A stretch of DNA of 64,000 nt. Source: an uncultured archaeon (GTDB taxonomy: Archaea; Thermoproteota; Bathyarchaeia; Bathyarchaeales; Bathycorpusculaceae). Shown one piece after another: positions 18,541-28,977 of this stretch. The stretch is taken from assembly GCA_963810275.1 (NCBI GenBank), contig CAWENF010000021.1, forward strand, positions 96,001 through 160,000, written 5' to 3'. The translations under genes were made by a program, and so were the position numbers. The notes beneath the pieces were generated by a model. That model was not told where the DNA came from, made no database searches, and saw only the letters and a list, made by a program, of their open reading frames with translations. Numbering within the stretch: position 1 is the stretch's first letter; each line of letters starts with the position of its first letter.

Positions 18541-19413
18541 TCATACGTCTAGGAGCCTCTTGAGCCGCAGCACTAAACCCTCACGCTCGCTAGGCTGAGA
18601 AGTCCACATGCTACGATAATCACGAAACTGTTCCCCGCCGATTTTACGCTGCTTCTGAAGCTCACCCAGTAGCCGCATAAAACCCTGAAGATCAAGCTGC
18701 TCGTTGGTTACAGCACTTGCATGTTTGCGTTCGGAGTATGATTTGGCGCCTATGAGTTCGCTGTCTGGCGGCGGATAAGTTTCGTATAGGAACCTTGCGA
18801 AGTACAGTGGCGCCCAACAATTGGTTATGTGCAGACTGTTTTTGGCTTTAAGAAGTTCTTTAGTATAGTGTTCGTATTCTTGCCCCATAGAGAGGTACTT
18901 AGTTTGCCCAGAAGAGGTTTCAGAGATACGGTTCACGAAGTGCCGAAGATGTTGGTTGCAAAAAACCGGTAACACCGTCCCTTTTTCGACATTAAAACAG
19001 TAAATGATTCTTTTAGGCACCAACTTATCTTCTCCTACACCACCTATTCGTTCCCAACGTGCATCAACCTTTTCGGCCAAACTTTTTCGCTCATCTACCG
19101 CTATACGCAGCAGGCTTTTGAGATCGCTGATTTGCAGCCTTGCATTTCGATAAATGTTGCCGCTACCCAAGTTGGAGTAGCTAACGGGTTTAAGCGCCCG
19201 CTCAAGCAGCTGAAAGAATTCACCTACTTCGTCAGGATTGACTTTGTAGAGTTTGTCAGCGTCAAGCCACTCGATGGTTCGAAGGTTTTCGCTAAACGGG
19301 TACTTCTGGCGCAGCTCCTTTTGAGCGGATAGAGCTTTTTCTACGTCGTGGCGAGATATGCCCACTTTGTCGTACGCTGAGGCTTTCTCGAGCAGCAGGT
19401 TATTTTTAGACAT
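18541..19413 (-). CDS. Hypothetical protein
   Basis: 290-aa ORF with typical codon usage. Weak resemblance to N-terminal domains of McrB-like proteins. Confidence 0.75.
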   Translation of the reverse strand: MSKNNLLLEKASAYDKVGISRHDVEKALSAQKELRQKYPFSENLRTIEWLDADKLYKVNPDEVGEFFQLLERALKPVSYSNLGSGNIYRNARLQISDLKSLLRIAVDERKSLAEKVDARWERIGGVGEDKLVPKRIIYCFNVEKGTVLPVFCNQHLRHFVNRISETSSGQTKYLSMGQEYEHYTKELLKAKNSLHITNCWAPLYFARFLYETYPPPDSELIGAKSYSERKHASAVTNEQLDLQGFMRLLGELQKQRKIGGEQFRDYRSMWTSQPSEREGLVLRLKRLLDV

Positions 19414-19536
19414 CTTTAACCGCCCAACAATACGTGGCTAACCATATAAAAATTGCAACCAACACGTCGGTAACAGGATACTTTGGGTGCAAAAACTATA
19501 ATACAACTGTCATTAGAATTTCCGTTGGGGTTATCC

Positions 19537-21042
19537 TTGACAGATAAATCCATAATCATTGTCGGTGCAGGCTTAGGCGGCTTAGCAACAGGATGCTACG
19601 CCCAAATGAACGGTTACAAAACCAAGATTTTCGAGATGGGAAACAAACCGGGCGGCGTTTGTGTGGCTTGGAAACGCAAAGACTACAACTTTGACTACGC
19701 CGTCCACAACGTCTTTGGAGTCACTACCAACCCACAAATAAAAAGCACCTACACACAGCTCTGGCAGGAACTGGGCGCCCTCAAAGACACTCCTACGTAT
19801 CAGTTTGAGGAGTTCGTACAAGTAGAGGACGTAGATGGAAAAAAACTCACATTATACACGGATATAAACAAGCTTGAAGCCCACCTCAAACAACTCGCGC
19901 CAGCGGACAGCAAAGTTATCGAGGAGTTCGTTGGGGCTGCAAGAAAAATCGGTGGACACGACTTGTTCGACGCCGTGCTTGGGGGAATTGGAGCAAAAAT
20001 CAAGCTGCTGCCCCTGATGGGATTACTGATGAAGTTCGGTAAAATCAACATCAAGGACTACGCTGAAAAATTCAGTGACCCCTTCCTCCGCAAAGTCATC
20101 CCCACCATCCAGTACGATATAGGCGAAGTCCCCACTTTGGTGCCGCTAATATTTTTGTCCACACAAAGCAAAGGGGATGCAGGCTGGCCCATAGGCGGCT
20201 CCAATGCGCTTTCAGGCAACATTACCAAACGGTACTTGGAGCTTGGCGGCGAAATAGCATACAACAAGAAAGTCACAAAAATCATTGTAAAAGACGGAAA
20301 AGCGGTGGGTGTACAGCTTGAGGATGGCTCGGAGCATTTGGCTGACCGAGTGGTCTCAAACGCCGACGGCTACCAAACAATTTACACCCTGCTTGAGGGA
20401 AAATACACCACCAACGCAATAGAAGCATACTTTAAAGCGTATCCGAAGATGCAGTCGTTTGGGCTGGAAGTCTGGTATGGAGTCAAGATGGAGCTAAAAG
20501 GCGAGCCGCATGCCATAGTGTGCTTCCTTGAGAAGCCCATAACCGTCGAAGACGTTCCCCGTGACAGGTTAGACATTGAAGTCTTCAACTTTGAACCAAC
20601 CATGGCACCTAAAGGCAAAACAGTCGTCAAAGTCGTTATGGAGTCCAACTATGATTACTGGAAAGCACTATCCGCGAACCCAAAAGCCTACAAAAAAGAA
20701 AAACAGAAAATCTCTGACCAATTCGCATCGGAACTGGAAAAACGGTTCCCAACATTCCAAAGCAACATCGAATCCATCGACGTAGCAACACCTCTGACGG
20801 CAGAGCGTTGGACGGCGCTGCATCGTGGCTGCCAAGCTTGGCCTGTACCCAAAGAGTTCCAAAAAGAAGTCAACAAAAACGGTTTATTCAAAACTCTGCC
20901 CAGGCTAGTGAACTTTTATGGTGTGGGACAGTGGGCTGGCGGTACGCTTGGGTTGACCACAGTTTCGCTGATGGGTCGCGACCTTGTGAAGACCTTCTGT
21001 AAGTTGGATGACAAAAAATTCGAAATCAAACCACCGAGTTAG
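19537..21042 (+). CDS. Phytoene-desaturase-family FAD-dependent oxidoreductase
   Basis: IIIVGAGLGGL..E..PGG, GWPIGGS, DVATPLTAERWT, GVGQW. Confidence 0.9.
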   Translation: MTDKSIIIVGAGLGGLATGCYAQMNGYKTKIFEMGNKPGGVCVAWKRKDYNFDYAVHNVFGVTTNPQIKSTYTQLWQELGALKDTPTYQFEEFVQVEDVDGKKLTLYTDINKLEAHLKQLAPADSKVIEEFVGAARKIGGHDLFDAVLGGIGAKIKLLPLMGLLMKFGKINIKDYAEKFSDPFLRKVIPTIQYDIGEVPTLVPLIFLSTQSKGDAGWPIGGSNALSGNITKRYLELGGEIAYNKKVTKIIVKDGKAVGVQLEDGSEHLADRVVSNADGYQTIYTLLEGKYTTNAIEAYFKAYPKMQSFGLEVWYGVKMELKGEPHAIVCFLEKPITVEDVPRDRLDIEVFNFEPTMAPKGKTVVKVVMESNYDYWKALSANPKAYKKEKQKISDQFASELEKRFPTFQSNIESIDVATPLTAERWTALHRGCQAWPVPKEFQKEVNKNGLFKTLPRLVNFYGVGQWAGGTLGLTTVSLMGRDLVKTFCKLDDKKFEIKPPS

Positions 21043-21131
21043 GGTTTTAAGAAAAAGCAAACGCCAAATAGCCCCATGTAGCGAGAGAAAAGTACACTTA
21101 ACCCATTTTACTATAAAGGTTCAATCGGCAG

Positions 21132-21515
21132 CTAGTGAAGCGCTAAACTCAAGGTTAGGATGACAAGGACGACCATTGTAATTGCCACGTACTTCCAGTT
21201 TTTCTCCCAACCGAAATAGATAGCCGAAGTTATGCCTCGAATATAAGGTGTCAAAACTAGGACAATGATGCCTAACGTCATGAATAGGAGGGCGTTCTCA
21301 GCAACGAAAAGATTCTGTAAATTAGCAACTACGAAGGCAAAAAAGTTCTCGCCCTGAATATAGACACCCGGATTGCTGGATACATCCACATTGCCGTATA
21401 CGCCAAAGTACAAGCCAATGCCGATAACTTCAAGCACCACGCTCACAACCACGCCAACTATGAGCAGAATACTAATGACGGTTTCCAGCTTTGATTCTTT
21501 ATCTTCGGTTGTCAT
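21132..21515 (-). CDS. DUF1634 membrane protein
   Basis: LGIIVLVLTPYIR motif; translationally coupled to TauE as is usual. Confidence 0.85.
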   Translation of the reverse strand: MTTEDKESKLETVISILLIVGVVVSVVLEVIGIGLYFGVYGNVDVSSNPGVYIQGENFFAFVVANLQNLFVAENALLFMTLGIIVLVLTPYIRGITSAIYFGWEKNWKYVAITMVVLVILTLSLALH

Positions 21516-22339
21516 AGGGCAGTTACTCCTTTGTAGAGCATCTGAATAATCATCAGGGTAACGATTATCATGAAAAGGATTTTGAGGTGCTTATCATTGA
21601 AGCGGCACAGCAACCGTCCGCCAACGACTGCGCCAACTGTGACGCCCACTGCCATCGGAGCCATCAACGTCAAATTCAGCAGCCCCGAAAACAAGTAAAC
21701 ACTTACACCAGCCAATGCAGTCATGCCGATAACGAAACTGCTTGTGGCTGTGGAGACTTTAGCTGGAACTTTGAGAACCTTTTCGTGCACAATAACTTTG
21801 AAAGCACCTGCTCCGATGCCAAGCATACCCGCCGCTATACCCGCAACCAGCATGCCTGCTCCACCCAGCAAGGAGTTGGTGGCTTTGTAGTTGACTTGTT
21901 TGTTTTTGGATTTGTCAAAATAGCTGCCATGCAGTCCAAGCCATCGGGCTATGTGGTCCTGCTTTTTTGGCGGCGTATATTCTTCGAAGGATTTTCGGAC
22001 GTTATAAAACGAGGTGCATAGAAACGCTGCAAAGAGGAAATACAAGAAGATTGGCGCAATTAGGACGGTTATGGTTGCTCCAATAATTGCACCGATTATA
22101 GTAAACATTTCCAGATACATGGCAAGACGGATATTGGTTATTCGTTCTCTTACAAACGATGCTGCCGAGCCGCTTGAGGTAGCGATTATGGCGACCATGC
22201 CGCATGCGATGGCTTCCTGCACGGGAATACCAAACGCAACCAGAATGGGAGTGAGCATGCTAGCTCCGCCAAGCCCGACAAGAGACCCTAGGAAACCTAC
22301 CAGCACCGAAATTAGAAGTAGAGAAAGCATGTCAATCAA
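21512..22339 (-). CDS. TauE/SafE-family permease
   Basis: GSLVGLGGA..LTP, GMLGIGAGAFKV, KVSTATS. Confidence 0.92.
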   Translation of the reverse strand: MIDMLSLLLISVLVGFLGSLVGLGGASMLTPILVAFGIPVQEAIACGMVAIIATSSGSAASFVRERITNIRLAMYLEMFTIIGAIIGATITVLIAPIFLYFLFAAFLCTSFYNVRKSFEEYTPPKKQDHIARWLGLHGSYFDKSKNKQVNYKATNSLLGGAGMLVAGIAAGMLGIGAGAFKVIVHEKVLKVPAKVSTATSSFVIGMTALAGVSVYLFSGLLNLTLMAPMAVGVTVGAVVGGRLLCRFNDKHLKILFMIIVTLMIIQMLYKGVTAL

Positions 22340-22572
22340 AGCGCTGTCTCCACTCGTAAAAGAAAGTTAGGTCTTATTAAAACCACGCCTATCTAAATCG
22401 CGGGTTTTTGGATGTTTATACGTCGGTTTTTCGTTAACAAGAGTCACCTTATTACGGATTGTGATACCATAGTCTTCTTATAAAGCGGCATAACCAAACC
22501 TAATACATATCAAAACGCCCTTCTGCCAAAACATATATGCTGCATGCGACTCCATGCTTTCTGGGTAAGCAC

Positions 22573-22980
22573 ATGAAAAAACTCTTCATTTCAGGCCCCA
22601 TAATCGGAATGGAAAAACAGCAGGACTACCGAGCAGTCGTCACCGATATTGCCCAAAAAGTTGGTTTTGAAGTGATTGACCCGTGGAAGCGTGAACGAGT
22701 CATTTACAACGGGACGGAGGAGTGTTGGTGGGATAAGGTGCCGACGTTTGATTTTGTGCAACGGGACCTAGACGACGCTGACCGGTGCGACGTTATGGTG
22801 GTGTATTTGCCGATTTTGTCGGCGGGAGCTTGCATGGAGATGTTTTATGCTAAACGCAAAGGCAAACAGATCGTGGTGATTTCGACAATTAAGTGTTTAA
22901 GTCCATGGATCGTTTTCCATTCTGACGCCATAATCATCGATTTTGGTCAACTTGAGGCAACTCTAAAAAAGCTCATGTAA
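22573..22980 (+). CDS. Nucleoside 2-deoxyribosyltransferase-like protein
   Basis: LFISGPI...VQRDL...CDVMVV...SAGACMEMFYA. Confidence 0.85.
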   Translation: MKKLFISGPIIGMEKQQDYRAVVTDIAQKVGFEVIDPWKRERVIYNGTEECWWDKVPTFDFVQRDLDDADRCDVMVVYLPILSAGACMEMFYAKRKGKQIVVISTIKCLSPWIVFHSDAIIIDFGQLEATLKKLM

Positions 22981-23012
22981 CAAGAGTCTCGTAAAGCCTA
23001 TATCTGGCCAAG

Positions 23013-23600
23013 TTGACAAGTCAGTCGTTGGTGCATCCATTGGACGCGTTAACCGTAATGCTTATCGCTGTGGGGTTAGCGATGGATGCGTTTGCATTGT
23101 CGATTGCAAAAGGTATGACGGTAACCGCCAACAGGCGCAAAGCTGCAATGTTAACGGCGACGGCGTTTGGCGGATTTCAGATGTTTATGCCGGTGATTGG
23201 ATGGACAGCAGGTTTGGCTTTTGCAGATTTGATTTCGAGGGTGGACCATTGGGTAGCATTTTGGCTTCTCGCTTTTATCGGTGCAAAAATGATTTATGAA
23301 GGCACAAAAAAAGATATTGAAACCCAGAATGCTGCAGATTTGAAACTACATGCTCTGCTAATTTTGGCGGTGGCGACAAGCATAGATGCTTTAATAGTGG
23401 GTTTGAGCTTCGCATTTCTGCAAACGTCGATTCTGCTACCAATTGCAGCAATTGGGGGAGTAACCTTTGGTTTATCGTTTGTTGGTTTCTATTTCGGGTC
23501 GGGGCTTGGCAGACGGTTTGGGCATCGAATAGAAATCGGGGGAGGTGCCGTTCTTATTCTTATTGGGGTTCGAGTTCTGCTGGAACACCTGCTGGTTTAG
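23013..23600 (+). CDS. mntP: Manganese efflux pump MntP
   Basis: GLAMDAFA, FQMFMP, DHWVAF, ATSIDAL.VG. Confidence 0.93.
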   Translation: MTSQSLVHPLDALTVMLIAVGLAMDAFALSIAKGMTVTANRRKAAMLTATAFGGFQMFMPVIGWTAGLAFADLISRVDHWVAFWLLAFIGAKMIYEGTKKDIETQNAADLKLHALLILAVATSIDALIVGLSFAFLQTSILLPIAAIGGVTFGLSFVGFYFGSGLGRRFGHRIEIGGGAVLILIGVRVLLEHLLV

Positions 23601-23692
23601 ACTGCAAAAATCGCAGTTGTTCGTTCAGTTTGCAGCAACATAGGCTTAACAATTGTTTCAGGGTAGTGTAGGAAAATAAGGAGTATGATGAA

Positions 23693-23938
23693 GTGATATC
23701 CGCAGTGATTTTAGTCAATACAAATGTGGACCAAGAAAAAATTGTCGTGGAGAACATAAAAAACCTTGAAGGCGTCGAGGAGGCGCATGCGCTCTGGGGC
23801 GTGTATGACCTGCTGGTAAAGGTAAAAGCGCACTCCATAGAGAAACTCAAAGAATTCACCCAGTTGCAGCTTAAGCGTCTCATGGGGGTATCCACCACTT
23901 TAACCTTGATAATGGAAAACGAGTTAGAGGTGGATTGA
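23693..23938 (+). CDS. Lrp/AsnC ligand-binding (RAM) domain protein
   Basis: AVILVN...GVEEAHALWGVYDLLVKV...GVSTTLTLI. Confidence 0.9.
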   Translation: MISAVILVNTNVDQEKIVVENIKNLEGVEEAHALWGVYDLLVKVKAHSIEKLKEFTQLQLKRLMGVSTTLTLIMENELEVD

Positions 23939-24109
23939 TCTGGCGACGCAGCAGATAAAGATAGTTAGCGCAAAAGAGTATATGCCGAGAATCAACGATG
24001 TTCACTTACCTTGCCAATGGCTAAACCACTGTGGCGACGGCAAATGCCCTGCTTTCAGAAAAAGAGCCAGGAATTTTTACTGCGCAAAAAAACACGTCTA
24101 ACTTGAACC

Positions 24110-25729
24110 CTAATTTTTCCTTTGTTTTTTATGTTTAAATTCCTCTCGCACTTGCATTTCTCGGCGTTTGCGGTTATAGCCTACTGAGAAGTCGTGGGTA
24201 GCGTCTCGGATTTTTCGCAGCAATAACATCATGCGGCTGTTTTTGTCAAAACTGTGCGGCGTGGGGTCATCTGGGTAGTAGAGTTCTTCTCGTTCCTTGG
24301 CTAGCCCAATCAGGGGGATTTGGACGCCGAGCTTGTCAAGTGCGGCTTTGGCTGCAGCTACCTGTCCAGGTCCACCGTCAAGGATTATTAAATCCGGCAG
24401 TTGATTGTGTTCGTCGAATTGTCGCTTATACCTGCGTCCAACCACTTCGTTCATGGCTGCGAAGTCATCTTGTCCAACAAATGACTTGATTTTAAATTTG
24501 CGGTAATTTTTTTTGTCGGGTTTAGCGTCCTTGAAGGCAACCATACCTGAGACGACGTGTTCGGTCCCTAAGTTGGAGATGTCAAAACACTCGATTACTC
24601 GGGGTACTGTGGGGAGATTTAGGTTGTTTTGCAAATCGATTAATGCAGAGTCGTATTCTAGGCTGAATTCCAAGTTCTTTTCCGCCAGCTTAAGCAACGC
24701 CAGCTTATCGGCTTTGCGTGGAATCGTCAGCGACACTGGCGCTAGTCGCCGTTGACTAAAGAACTCTTCGAGCGCCTGCTTTTCGGCTGGTTCCTGCCAG
24801 ACGGGCTTGTTTAGCAGGATTTCTCGAGGGATTCGACTAGAGGTGTAGTAGGCTTTTAGGAATTCCTGTTCCACTTGAGGCTGAGCGTCCACTGAGAACT
24901 CTCTTTTGCCCAACAATACACCTTTTCGAACGCCCATTTGCACCGCATGCATTTTCTCGCCGACCTGTCGAAATACCATGACGTCTTGGTCGAATCGGCG
25001 TTCGTTATCCACGATTTGCCTTTGGGTTAGGAGGCGGATAGATGCGACTTGATTACGCAGTTCCAGTGCAGTTTCGAACTGCATTGCCTGCGAAGCTGCC
25101 TGCATACGCTCGTTGAGCGTATCGAGCGTTGTTTGGTAGTTGCCACCCAGAAAGTCGCGTGCCTGCTGAACCTGCTCTGCGTACTGTTTGGATGTGACGT
25201 AGCCGACGCAGGGGGCACTGCATTGGTGAATGTGGTAGTTTAGGCAGGCGCGTTTGTGCATGTTTTTACAGGTCCTTAGTTTGTAGACTTTGGTTACGAG
25301 GCGCTGTAGGTCTTGGCGTGTGAAACCGTCTGTATAGGGGCCAAAAGATTCGAGTTTGCGACTGACTTTGCGGCTGGTGAGGATTCGGGGGAATTCCTCA
25401 CGGGTAAGGGAGATATAGGCGTAGGTTTTAGCGTCTTTTAGGTTAATGTTGTATTTTGGGGTGTGCTGCTTAATCAGTTTGTTTTCGAGCAGAAGCGCTT
25501 CGACTTCATTGTTTACGATGACCCAGTCGATCCTTCGAATATTCAAAACAAGCCGCCGAGTCTTAGCCGACTGATCCCTACCCTGAAAATAGCTTTTTAC
25601 TCGGCTACGCAGGTTTTTGGCTTTGCCAACATAGATGATTTCGCCTACTTCATCGTAATACAAGTACACGCCGGGCTCAGTTGGGATGTCGCCTGCTTTG
25701 AATTCGGATGGGTCAGCTAACGGAATCAT
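24110..25729 (-). CDS. uvrC: Excinuclease ABC subunit C
   Basis: PGVY..IYVGKAKNLRSRV, ECFDISN, PDLIILDGG.GQ, GLAK. No C-terminal HhH domain. Confidence 0.96.
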   Translation of the reverse strand: MIPLADPSEFKAGDIPTEPGVYLYYDEVGEIIYVGKAKNLRSRVKSYFQGRDQSAKTRRLVLNIRRIDWVIVNNEVEALLLENKLIKQHTPKYNINLKDAKTYAYISLTREEFPRILTSRKVSRKLESFGPYTDGFTRQDLQRLVTKVYKLRTCKNMHKRACLNYHIHQCSAPCVGYVTSKQYAEQVQQARDFLGGNYQTTLDTLNERMQAASQAMQFETALELRNQVASIRLLTQRQIVDNERRFDQDVMVFRQVGEKMHAVQMGVRKGVLLGKREFSVDAQPQVEQEFLKAYYTSSRIPREILLNKPVWQEPAEKQALEEFFSQRRLAPVSLTIPRKADKLALLKLAEKNLEFSLEYDSALIDLQNNLNLPTVPRVIECFDISNLGTEHVVSGMVAFKDAKPDKKNYRKFKIKSFVGQDDFAAMNEVVGRRYKRQFDEHNQLPDLIILDGGPGQVAAAKAALDKLGVQIPLIGLAKEREELYYPDDPTPHSFDKNSRMMLLLRKIRDATHDFSVGYNRKRREMQVREEFKHKKQRKN

Positions 25730-25995
25730 GAACTTCTGCCAATACTTATGTGACTAAAACGCTGGAGGCATTAAGCATTTCTCACATCGACAAAAAATTT
25801 TTGTTTTTTTGATTTTAGTTGCCGCCGTGGATCACTCTTCCTTAAAACCAACCATCTATGAAGCAGCGTCTGCTTTGGCGTTTGCTTTTCTGTTGCGTTG
25901 AATGCTGGTTGGCGCTGGTTGCGCTAAGCCCCGCCTGGCGTCATGGCTTTTAGGTTACTTTCTCTGATGCGCGTGTGGCTTAGTCTGGAAAATGG

Positions 25996-28893
25996 TTAGT
26001 CTTTGGCGGCAGTTGTTGCTTCTTCCAGTTTATGGTTGAATATCTTGTCTAGGAACATGCCTGTGTAGCTATGCGAAACCTGAACGACATCTTCGGGTGT
26101 GCCTTGAGCAAGAACTTGTCCGCCTGCTGCTCCGCCTTCTGGTCCGAGGTCAATTAGGTAGTCACAGCTCTTGATGACATCGAGGTTGTGTTCGATAATG
26201 TAGACTGTGTTGCCATTGTCCACCAAGCGGTTTAAAACGCGGATTAGGCGTTTGGTGTCGTCGAAGTGCAAGCCTGTGGTTGGTTCGTCAAGCATGTAGA
26301 CGACGTGCCCCGACTTATGCTTGCTGAGTTCGCGGGTTATTTTGATACGTTGGCTCTCTCCGCCAGATAATTGTGTGCTGCTTTGGCCAAGTTTGATGTA
26401 GCCTAACCCCACGTCAAGCAAGGTTTGGAGTTTGCGGTGTACCTTAGGGGTATTCTCAAAGAACTTTGCCGCCTCCTCAACCGTCATATCAAGCACTTCG
26501 GCGATGTTTTTACCCTTATAGAGCACGGAGAGGGTTTCTTTGTTGTAACGTTTGCCTTTGCATTCGCTGCACTGCACATAAACGTCTGGGAGGAAGTTCA
26601 TTTCAATGCGGATGACGCCGTCGCCTTGGCAGTTTTCGCATCTGCCGCCTTTGACGTTAAAGCTGAAGCGACCTTCTTTATAGCCGCGGGCTCTGGCTTC
26701 TTTGGTTTGAGCGAATATTTTTCGAATTTCATCAAAGAGCTTGGTGTAGGTGGCGGGGTTACTGCGGGGTGTTCTGCCGATGGGGTCTTGGTCTATTACG
26801 ATGACGTTACGCACCACCTCCGGCACGTCTAAACCGCCGTGTTTACCGACTTTATCAACTTGTTCGCCGAACATTTGGCGCAGGGCGGGGATTACGGTTA
26901 GGTTCATTAATGTGCTTTTGCCTGAGCCTGATACACCTGTGACGCCACATAGCACCCCCAATGGCAGTCTTACGTTTAAGTTTTTGAGGTTGTTCTCGCA
27001 TGCGCCCTTGACGTTGAGATAGTCGATTGGGGGTCGGCGCTCTTGGGGAATTTCGATTTTGATCTCGCCTGATAGGTATTTACCGGTTAAGCTACGCGGA
27101 TTAGCCATAACCTCTTCGGGGCTGCCTTCAGCTACGATGTGGCCGCCATGCACGCCTGCACCTGGTCCCATGTCTACGATGTAGTCTGCGTGGCGCATGG
27201 TGTCCTCGTCGTGCTCAACCACAATAAGCGTGTTGCCTAAGTCGCGAAGGCGGGCAAGAGTAGATATGAGTTTGGCGTTGTCGCGCTGGTGCAAACCGAT
27301 GCTCGGCTCGTCAAGAATGTAGAGCACACCCATGAGGTTGCTGCCAATCTGCGTTGCCAATCGGATACGCTGGGCTTCGCCGCCGCTAAGCGTTTTTGCG
27401 GCTCTTGAAAGAGATAAGTATCCTAAGCCCACGTTATTAAGAAAGCCTAAGCGCTCATTGATTTCTTTAAGCACCTGCTTGGCAATTGACATTTCCTTCT
27501 CGTTAAGCTTGGGCGGCAAATCCTTGAAGAAGTCGACTGCATCCTCAATTGACAGATCAGTCACATCAATAATACTTTTGTCCAAAATGTGCACAGCTAG
27601 CACGACAGGTTGGAGCTTTTTGCCGTTGCAGGCATTGCAGGGGCGGGCGGTCATGAATTTCTCGATGTCAGTTTTGCGCCACTCGCTCTCGGTCTGCCGA
27701 TAGAGCCGCATCGTCTGCGGGATGACGCCTTCCCAGCCGTCGCGCATCCACATGTTGGCACCGTTAGACCAGTTCGCGTTGATGGGTTCACGGTCACCGT
27801 ATAGAAGCACTTTGAGCTGTTCGCCAGTGAATTCCTTGATTGGGGTAAATACGTCGAAACCGTGTTTTCTGCCTACAGCGGCTATCTGCTGCGCACGCCA
27901 ACTGAGGTCCATTGTCCCCTTGTACACTGCCAAGGCACCATCCATTATGCTGAGGTTCTTATCAGGGATAACTTTGTCCGCAGTTACTTCGGTGATTTCC
28001 CCAAGTCCATGACAGACGGGGCAGGCGCCAAACGGCGAGTTGAAGCTGAACATACGGGGCTCAAGGCTTTCAAAGACGATTTCAGGGTGATTTGGACACG
28101 CACCAAAAGTGCTATACATGGTTTCGCCTTCGAAGCGTTCCAACTCCCGTTTTTCATCTGCATTAGTGTTTGCGGCGTCAATAACCACCATCGTGCCCTT
28201 GCCTGTTTTCAACGCTGCCTCGACCGCTTCGGCTATGCGGCTACGTTCGTCATCGCTGATTTCCACGGTATCGATTACAGCTTCTATCCAGTGTTTCTCA
28301 TAGCGGACTAGCTTGACTTCTTCTTTTATGTGGTCGGTTTCGTAAATTTTTTGGTCTACCCGGATTTTGGTGTAGCCCTCTTTTTTTAGGTCGTCAAAGA
28401 CTGATTCGTGGGTGCCTTTCATTCCGCGAATGATTGGCGCTAGGAAGATGAGGGTTTTGCCTTTTTCTGCCATGATAAGGCTGGCGATGTTTTCCGCGCT
28501 CTGCGGATGTATGGGGCTGCCGCATTTGGGGCAGTGATGCGTGCCAATGCGGGCAAAAAGAAGACGTAAATAATCGTAAATTTCGGTGACTGTACCGACG
28601 GTACTGCGGGGGTTCTTGCTTGTGCTCTTCTGCTCAATACTAATCGCAGGAGACAATCCGTCGATACTGTCTACATCAGGTTTATCCATCAAACCCAAAA
28701 ACTGCCGCGCATAAGCAGAAAGCGACTCGACATAGCGGCGCTGCCCCTCAGCATAAATCGTGTCAAACGCCAACGTGGATTTTCCCGAGCCAGAAAGCCC
28801 AGTGACCACTATGAGTTTGTTTCGGGGCAACTCTAAATCGAAGTTTTTGAGGTTGTGCTCCCGTGCACCCCTGATGGATATGTTGTCACGCAT
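25996..28893 (-). CDS. uvrA: Excinuclease ABC subunit A
   Basis: GAREHNLK, GLSGSGKS, LSGGEAQRI, GVSGSGKS, DEPTTGLH. Confidence 0.99.
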   Translation of the reverse strand: MRDNISIRGAREHNLKNFDLELPRNKLIVVTGLSGSGKSTLAFDTIYAEGQRRYVESLSAYARQFLGLMDKPDVDSIDGLSPAISIEQKSTSKNPRSTVGTVTEIYDYLRLLFARIGTHHCPKCGSPIHPQSAENIASLIMAEKGKTLIFLAPIIRGMKGTHESVFDDLKKEGYTKIRVDQKIYETDHIKEEVKLVRYEKHWIEAVIDTVEISDDERSRIAEAVEAALKTGKGTMVVIDAANTNADEKRELERFEGETMYSTFGACPNHPEIVFESLEPRMFSFNSPFGACPVCHGLGEITEVTADKVIPDKNLSIMDGALAVYKGTMDLSWRAQQIAAVGRKHGFDVFTPIKEFTGEQLKVLLYGDREPINANWSNGANMWMRDGWEGVIPQTMRLYRQTESEWRKTDIEKFMTARPCNACNGKKLQPVVLAVHILDKSIIDVTDLSIEDAVDFFKDLPPKLNEKEMSIAKQVLKEINERLGFLNNVGLGYLSLSRAAKTLSGGEAQRIRLATQIGSNLMGVLYILDEPSIGLHQRDNAKLISTLARLRDLGNTLIVVEHDEDTMRHADYIVDMGPGAGVHGGHIVAEGSPEEVMANPRSLTGKYLSGEIKIEIPQERRPPIDYLNVKGACENNLKNLNVRLPLGVLCGVTGVSGSGKSTLMNLTVIPALRQMFGEQVDKVGKHGGLDVPEVVRNVIVIDQDPIGRTPRSNPATYTKLFDEIRKIFAQTKEARARGYKEGRFSFNVKGGRCENCQGDGVIRIEMNFLPDVYVQCSECKGKRYNKETLSVLYKGKNIAEVLDMTVEEAAKFFENTPKVHRKLQTLLDVGLGYIKLGQSSTQLSGGESQRIKITRELSKHKSGHVVYMLDEPTTGLHFDDTKRLIRVLNRLVDNGNTVYIIEHNLDVIKSCDYLIDLGPEGGAAGGQVLAQGTPEDVVQVSHSYTGMFLDKIFNHKLEEATTAAKD

Positions 28894-28977
28894 TACTTTG
28901 ACTATTCCCTTCCCTGTTATGTGGCAGATTCTAGCAGAGTTTATACGCCCAGATTAGAACTTTGTTGCATCAAACTC

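Noticed and set aside
19537-21042. Carotenoid biosynthesis
   Set aside because: Phytoene-desaturase-family fold only; no phytoene synthase or cyclase in the window, so the substrate is unknown.
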